From Bigelowiella natans CCMP2755 (Eukaryota; Protista; Cercozoa), in contig ADNK01002348.1 of the NCBI GenBank assembly GCA_000320545.1, positions 1 through 44,530 of the forward strand: a stretch of 44,530 nucleotides of DNA. The letters are read 5' to 3'. Of the stretch, positions 38,768-44,530 are shown one piece after another (position 1 is the stretch's first letter; each line of letters starts with the position of its first letter). Both the position numbers and the translations under genes were made by a program. A model generated the notes under the pieces. That model was not told where the DNA came from and searched no databases. It saw only the letters and a list, made by a program, of their open reading frames with translations.

Positions 38768-41700
38768 ATGAGCTCACAGCAGCAGCAGGAACCACGAAAA
38801 AGAAGAAAGAGAAGACGTCCCAACAGAAGATTGGCAAACCCTCGACACATCAAAGGTAAGGTGTGGGAAGAAGGGCATTTCTTTCAGTTGTTCCTGGTCA
38901 TGTCATGTCGTAGTTTTTTTTTTCTATGTTTTCACAACCATCGTCTCACGGTCCTTGCATGAGGCCGTTTTTGGTGCAGAAATGCACATTGATTTGTCGC
39001 TGTTTGAAAATCGGCATGATGGTTAATTCCGATTTACCAATTCACTGATCTACTCGTACGATCGTAGCGATCAGGGCCGGAAAAACCTTGCGGACGCAAC
39101 TCCATGGCCACTGGTCTTCCAACAAGCGGCATCGGTATGTGAATGCTTTCCTCATGTGTTTCACGGGCTAATCAATGGCAATTGATATGTAGCGTGGAGC
39201 ATTCCCAACCCCCAGCGCTTGCGGAAAATGGCATTGAAGATGTTGCCCGAAGCCACCAAAGTGAAGAAGATCGCAAATCAGCAGAGCGTGTGCAGAGCCT
39301 GGAGAACTCTGGAGGCGTGGAGGACTCACCCAACGTGCACTCACAGCATCCAGTGGAGAATTCTAGAGGCGTAGTGTACTCATCCAACATTCGCTCGGGT
39401 CGCAGTCGAGGAACCATTGACAGATGCACCTCCACTCTCACAGAGCTTGCCGACATGAAGGAGGGTGGACACTCGGACACCCAGCGCTTAGTCTCCAACA
39501 ATGTGAGCATTCCGCTGAACAACAGCCAGTCGGTCGCCCGACAGGTGCAAGTTCTCTGTGCCCCAACCGAACCACATGTTGAGTTTCGAACAAACACTGA
39601 TGAATGTGTGAAAGAAGAGAAGAAACGTTGGGAAGTTTGGCCAAATGCTTACGATTGCGCTTACAAGAAATGCTTACCATCAAAAATGGACGAGAAGTCG
39701 GCAGCTGCGCCTGCGAATTCTCAGACAAAAAGCAGGAAGACGAAAAGGAAGAGTGCAGGGTCTTTTTGTACGATGAAGCATGGCAATGGTAACTTGCGTC
39801 AAGTAACTATACATCTGCGTGGAACAGGAGATAGTTCGGACCCATTTGTCCTATTTGACCCTGATGAAGATGAAGAACGAGGCTCTGAGAACGGTAAGAA
39901 AGGACTAGACCGCCTTCAAGTCCAGGAACAGAAGAAGAGACCTGGAGAATGGACACCGCAGCAGCAACCCAAGAACTCACAAGACCTGCTGAAAATCAAT
40001 GAAGGCAGAGAGCAAGATGCTAATGAGACACATGATTCTAACGAGAAAGATTGTGCGAACTCAACGCGCATCGCCTCGAAACAGCTCGAAGCAGCGTCTA
40101 AGAAATCTAAGATGGTGTTTACACAAACAAAGGGTTTGGAAGATGAAGTCATCAATTGGAACTGTCCTAAATGCACCCTTAAGAACATGAATCTACATTG
40201 TGGAGGCTGTGGATACAGATGGAGAACTAGGCGAACCCCAGATGAGGCGAAATTTTTCGCATGGGTAATCTATGTCTTCAATTCACTTAATTAATTGTTT
40301 ACTTTTTAGTACAATTCTTTGCTACATCGTGATCGATTTCAAATCCTAACTCCGCGGATCTCAGTTGTTTTATCTCACCATCTTCCATGCACGGATTTTT
40401 CGTTTAGATGAAGTCCAAAGTTGTAAACCAGCCCTCTATTTCACTTGAAGAACTGAAACCAGTTATTCGCGTACAATTTCCAAATATACGGAAAGAAATT
40501 GTGGCCTCCACTTACCATAAATGCATCGAAGAAAGCAAGCCGCTTACCAGCATCATTTATTCTTGGAAGGTATTAAGAGAATGAATCAGCGATAGATTCT
40601 AGACCATATAGGCGGTTGGTGATCAAACTTGAAATATGTGAAAAGGTGGGGGATACATGCGAGGCGTTGAGGGACGGTGACTGGAGACCTGCCAAAGTAG
40701 TTTCTGTAAGGGGTCCCCGCATCCAGGTCATTGTGGAGGGCGAGCTTGGTAAGAGAAATTCTACACGAAACAAATGTTATTTCCGATCCTAGCAGCTTTA
40801 TAGCTTCATCTAACGATAGTGATTTTATTTGTCAACACAGGGCGGCTGGACGATCTGAACCTTCGTCCAACTCATACAGGTGTGACATGTCAGTTTTGAT
40901 CTAGAATCATCGAGATATTTATTTGCTCATGCAACGTAAAACCCCTTTCAAAGGAAAATAAAATGTGATGTTGGGGCGTGTTGAAAATTAAAAACAACTA
41001 TCGATTATTGATGTGAAATTTTGCACGAACAGTTTCCAATACCAGCTCATCCATAGAAGATTCCACCAAGGTCAATGTGAGAGGAGGAATTCGCAGCTCC
41101 GAAGTCTCTACGAGCATAATGCATACTAGTAGCAGTAAAAACAGCAAAAAGTACAACTGCAAAGGGGGAAAACAGTTTCCGAAAAGGCCTAAGTTTGCAA
41201 CGACAACAGTTGGTGGCAAAACTAATAGTTTTATCTTGATCGGTGCACCCAATCATCGTGATGGAAATGGAATCGACCAAATCGAGGCGAAGAAAGGAGA
41301 GAGGAAGAAGCTCGAGAAGAAAGTTAAAGAGAAGAAAGTTAAAGAGAAGAAAGCTAAAGAGAAGCAGAGAGTGCACCAGGAGAGGAGGCAAGTTGAAGTT
41401 AATGAAAAAGATCATCCTCAAAGCTCGAAACAATATCATCCAAGCAACAACGACGCTGAGAGTTCAAAGGGTGATGCTAATAGCATCTATGACAAGAGAT
41501 TGAGAAGGAGTGAATCTAACAGCAGGGATCAGAGTAATCCAAAGAACACCGAGAGGATTAGTAACGAAACATTAAGAGATGTCAATCTCCACCTCCATCC
41601 TCATGTTCACAGCTGTAATCATCATCGCTACCGACAACGTGCCCGTGATGAGACTAACAAGGAATTCCGTGAAGCCAGTAAGCCATATTTATCCTCAATG

Positions 41701-42333
41701 AAGGCGCAGAGAGCCTTGTACAACAACACAAAGGCCCAGAAAAAAGGTCCCAAGGAAAAAGTCAAGAAGCGAAGAATAATCCCGACCTTGATCTCGGCGC
41801 CTGATTGGATTGGAGTGTGTGCACGAAGCCGACAACCTGCCCGTGATGAGACTAACAAGGAATTCCGTGAAGCCAGTAAGCCATATTTGTCCTCAATGAA
41901 GACGCAGAGAGCCTTGTACAACAACACAAAGGCCCAGAAAAAAGGTCCCAAGGAAAAAGTCAAGAAGCGAAGAATAATCCCGACCTTGATCTCGACGGCT
42001 GATCGGATTGGAGTGAGTGCACGCGTACCTGCACGGAACCCCCCCCTTCTGGAGGCGGTCGCGACACTGCCGACGAAGAAAGTTCAAAGCATCTTTGACA
42101 AACTGACAAGAGAAGAGCGCCAAGAGATAAATCGCTACCTCAAGAATCCCGAAAAATATTCACTTCTCGATCTCCTGGGAAAACTCGGAAGAATGTTCAA
42201 AAAGCGAAAATTTAGCATCTCTTCTGATGCAATCTTAAAAAAAATCGGTGAGCCGGTTGCAGCGGAATTAAAACGTATAAGGAATGAAATTCTGAAAGAG
42301 AAGCTTGCAAAAATTTGTAAATTGTCAAAATAA
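38768..42333 (+). CDS. Putative nuclear protein: basic NLS, RanBP2-type zinc finger, Tudor/Agenet-like domain, Lys-rich region and 2 x 66-aa repeat; 7 exons
   Basis: Phase-consistent GT-AG splicing links MSSQQQQEPRKRRKRRR, ORF 39143-40294 (WNCPKCTLKNMNLHCGGC), the segment WK|VGDTCEALRDGDWRPAKVVSVRGPRIQVIVEGEL|GRLDDLNLRP (Tudor-like) and ORF 41077-42333. Confidence 0.7.
41631..42023 (+). repeat. In-frame tandem duplication with a 198-nt (66-aa) period
   Basis: 41631-41825 vs 41829-42023 are near-identical (ARDETNKEFREASKPYLSSMK.QRALYNNTKAQKKGPKEKVKKRRIIPTLIS). Confidence 0.95.
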
Positions 42334-42398
42334 TAATAATAATTGTCATTGTACGAAACAAAAGAACAAAAATGTGTAGCCCTAAAGGCTGTGGAGTA

Positions 42399-42822
42399 GG
42401 ATGACAGACAACGTGATGTCACAGAGTGTGATGTTTGGGGATCTCTTTGTGATGGACAACGTAATGCGGTGTGCATGTGCACGTTGCATCTGCATTGTCA
42501 CTGTGTCCACTGTCAGGGAATGAATGCATGGCGTGACTACGCACGCAGACTTGTGCAGCAACTTCGCTGCGCAAATGCAGCACAAATGCATCGAATGAAT
42601 AAGTGACACCACTCGCTGCATGTCAATCACAATTGTCGCCACAAGGCTGCGCACATCAATTGCTCAACAACATTAACTTTATAACTTTGTGGTGCAACTC
42701 ATTTATTGAACTGCAACTGTGGGGGATGATGTTCTTCTTCTTGTCAACTGTTTCATTTCGTCATTATATCATCACATTGCTCGACTTCGTTTGCAGGATG
42801 GGGCCTGAGGCTGCGATTGTGA
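42399..42822 (-). pseudogene. Inverted copy of the 3' end of the 35378-37046 gene (SQSQPQAPSCKRSRAM* plus 3' flank), interrupted by the LTR element
   Basis: Homology to 36996-37426 stops exactly where the LTR begins (…GATTGTGA|TGTAGCGCG versus …GATTGTGA|CTGCGGGG). Confidence 0.75.
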
Positions 42823-43148
42823 TGTAGCGCGTACCACTACGCGGGCACAAGTCACGTGCGACAACAAAGGGGTTGTCGCGGATATAGAATATAGATAACG
42901 TAGATATTAATACAGCATAGGCACGTGGGTTCCGGCGGGACTCATGGCAGCACACCGGAAGTGTGCTGCCCCACGTGCGGCGGCATTCGCGAAAGCTTCG
43001 CGAATGATTACGCAGTGCACGATTTAATAAAAATATAATCTTTAATAAAAATAAACACAACTCTTCAAAAGGAAGCAAACGTGCCTTCCCCCCCCCCTGC
43101 CTACTTGTGCACGTAGCGCCTCGGCCTGTGAACACCTTACGCGCAACA
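42823..43148 (+). repeat. 5' LTR (326 bp)
   Basis: Starts TGTAGCGCGTA and ends TACGCGCAACA (10/11 inverted match). A TATA-like tract is near 42881 and AATAAA signals are at about 43026-43055. Confidence 0.8.
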
Positions 43149-43153
43149 ACCTT

Positions 43154-43171
43154 TGGCTTCCACACAGTAGG
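43154..43171 (+). promoter_or_regulatory. Putative primer-binding site TGGCTTCCACACAGTAGG
   Basis: TGG (complement of tRNA 3' CCA) lies 5 nt after the LTR end. The cognate tRNA is not identified. Confidence 0.55.
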
Positions 43172-43188
43172 AAACGATTTGACTAACA

Positions 43189-44530
43189 ATGTCACAGCAG
43201 CTAGAAGAACAGCAGGACTTTGGCTCGCAGGCCGTGCAAGGGCACGAGCAGAAACAGGAAAGGAAGGGCGATACGGACGCTAAGGAAGGAGGAGGAACAC
43301 CTCCACAGGCACCGCCGGGACCAGCACCCGGGATTAAGAAAGCAGATGCAGCAGCAGAGGCACTGGAGAACTTCTACGAGGCGGACGACGAGGACGTGGC
43401 CGCCGAAAGCAAGAAGGTCGTAATGGCATTACGAGCCTTGCGACCCAGGGCGAGCAACTACGCCAAACTGAAAGTATCGATAGAATACAAGTATCAGACA
43501 CATGATGTTTGGGCAGCTATCATGCAGGACATCATGGATTACGAAGCAGACTTACCTCCAGAGTGGGCAGCTTTGTTTAGGAACGACGGGGGTCTGGGCG
43601 CCTCGCGGGGGACGACCCAGAGCACCGTCAAGCAGCAGCAGCCGGTACAGCGGAACACCCAGTTCATGTCTGTTAAAACAGCACCGGTTATGATAACGAA
43701 ATACAACGGGAAAAGAGGTGAGGCAAGGAGGTGGTGGAAGAACGCTAGGAGTATACTCTGCGACTTTACCCCTAACCCCACCGAAAACGACAAGCTCAAA
43801 TGGCTAGCTATAATAAAGCAAGCCATGGACCTTTACGAGACAGGCAGGACCCGGATCAGGCAGCTAGAGAAAATACACACTACAGTTAGTGGGCTACGAG
43901 ACGTTGAGGCGATAATGAAGGCTTTTGTAAATGAACAGGATGCTAACTCCCTACCCCAGGCTATTAGAAAATACAGAGCAATGATGCAGCATGAGAGAGA
44001 ACCTGTTAGAGACTTTGCCACGCGCTTCCAGGATATGATCGACGAACTACATGATTTTAATTACAACACAGGTGATGATCAGGCAAGGTTTGAAGAGTTC
44101 AAGTTAAAGATAAAGGAATCCACTTACGTTACGGAGAAAGGCTACACCACGATGGAGGCAGCAGTGCAGGCTATATCCCTACGCGAGCAGGAGCAGGACC
44201 GCAAGTTTACCAGCCCTAAGGTACCTGGCATAGGAAACATTAACGCTATTAAGCCGCAGCGAGACTGGTACAAGGACAGGGAAGGTAACCGACGTTGCGG
44301 ATACTGCTCACGTAAAGGGAAACACACCGCTAAAGACTGCAGAGACAGGAAAGAAGGACGACCCAGGATGACGATCAGGCAGCTCAACGAACACTACGAG
44401 AAGTTAAAGAGAAAGAAAGGCAGAGGACAAGGATATAACAACAGCAAATGGCAAGGCAGCAACAACGGGAAGAACAATAAATATAAGAACAAAAAGCAGA
44501 ACAGTATCAATGCTATACAGCAGCAGATAA
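43189..44530 (+). CDS. gag: Retrotransposon Gag, open to the window end (absent from the ORF track because there is no stop)
   Basis: ATG at 43189 (MSQQLEEQQ...) with no stop to 44530. MHR-like QHEREPVRDFATRF at 43987-44028 and zinc knuckle CGYCSRKGKHTAKDC at 44296-44340. Confidence 0.88.
   Translation, partial: MSQQLEEQQDFGSQAVQGHEQKQERKGDTDAKEGGGTPPQAPPGPAPGIKKADAAAEALENFYEADDEDVAAESKKVVMALRALRPRASNYAKLKVSIEYKYQTHDVWAAIMQDIMDYEADLPPEWAALFRNDGGLGASRGTTQSTVKQQQPVQRNTQFMSVKTAPVMITKYNGKRGEARRWWKNARSILCDFTPNPTENDKLKWLAIIKQAMDLYETGRTRIRQLEKIHTTVSGLRDVEAIMKAFVNEQDANSLPQAIRKYRAMMQHEREPVRDFATRFQDMIDELHDFNYNTGDDQARFEEFKLKIKESTYVTEKGYTTMEAAVQAISLREQEQDRKFTSPKVPGIGNINAIKPQRDWYKDREGNRRCGYCSRKGKHTAKDCRDRKEGRPRMTIRQLNEHYEKLKRKKGRGQGYNNSKWQGSNNGKNNKYKNKKQNSINAIQQQI

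Larger units (their letters stand above)
42823..44530 (+). mobile_element. LTR retrotransposon, 5' part (LTR, PBS, gag), probably Ty3/Gypsy-like; pol lies outside the window
   Basis: TG...CA LTR with terminal inverted repeats, a TGG-initiated PBS and an uninterrupted Gag ORF. The superfamily cannot be fixed without the pol domain order. Confidence 0.85.

Noticed and set aside
36996-42822. DNA transposon (MULE/foldback-like) with 430-bp TIRs carrying the zinc-finger/Tudor gene
   Set aside because: The outer boundary is created by the LTR insertion and falls inside a CDS. No transposase motif or TSD is visible, so an inverted gene duplication fits better.
42818-43195. Alternative LTR bounded by TGTGA...TCACA
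   Set aside because: TGTGA belongs to the duplicated host sequence and TCACA lies inside gag. 42823-43148 has a longer terminal inverted match and is followed by a TGG PBS.

Overview
Eukaryotic nuclear DNA with GT-AG spliceosomal introns, many containing microsatellites. The ORF track shows only exon fragments, so I spliced the gene models by hand. A green-lineage thylakoid-lumen protein (PPD6-like) carries a signal peptide, a transit-like peptide and a twin-arginine leader, which points to an alga with a secondary green plastid, most plausibly a chlorarachniophyte such as Bigelowiella (inference). Genes in order: TTLL2-like tubulin glutamylase (5' part, -), asparagine synthetase B-like enzyme with a mitochondrial-type presequence (+), DPAGT1/ALG7 (-), PPD6 (-), GT15 mannosyltransferase-like (+), WDR77/MEP50 (-), GH26 beta-mannanase (+), three-domain gelsolin/severin (-), WDR12/YTM1 (-), a putative glycosyltransferase (+), an orphan gene (+) and a RanBP2-zinc-finger/Tudor protein (+). 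These are followed by an inverted copy of the orphan gene's 3' end, cut by the 5' LTR, PBS and gag of an LTR retrotransposon that runs off the window. The most unusual signal is non-coding. DNA downstream of gene 3' ends shows TpA -> TpG/CpA erosion, including one run of about 956 nt with no TpA at all while CpG is retained. Duplicated copies there also differ by microhomology-flanked deletions. Head-to-head promoter regions, introns and the retroelement are spared. This looks like a position-targeted mutator or base-modification process running in the opposite direction to fungal RIP.
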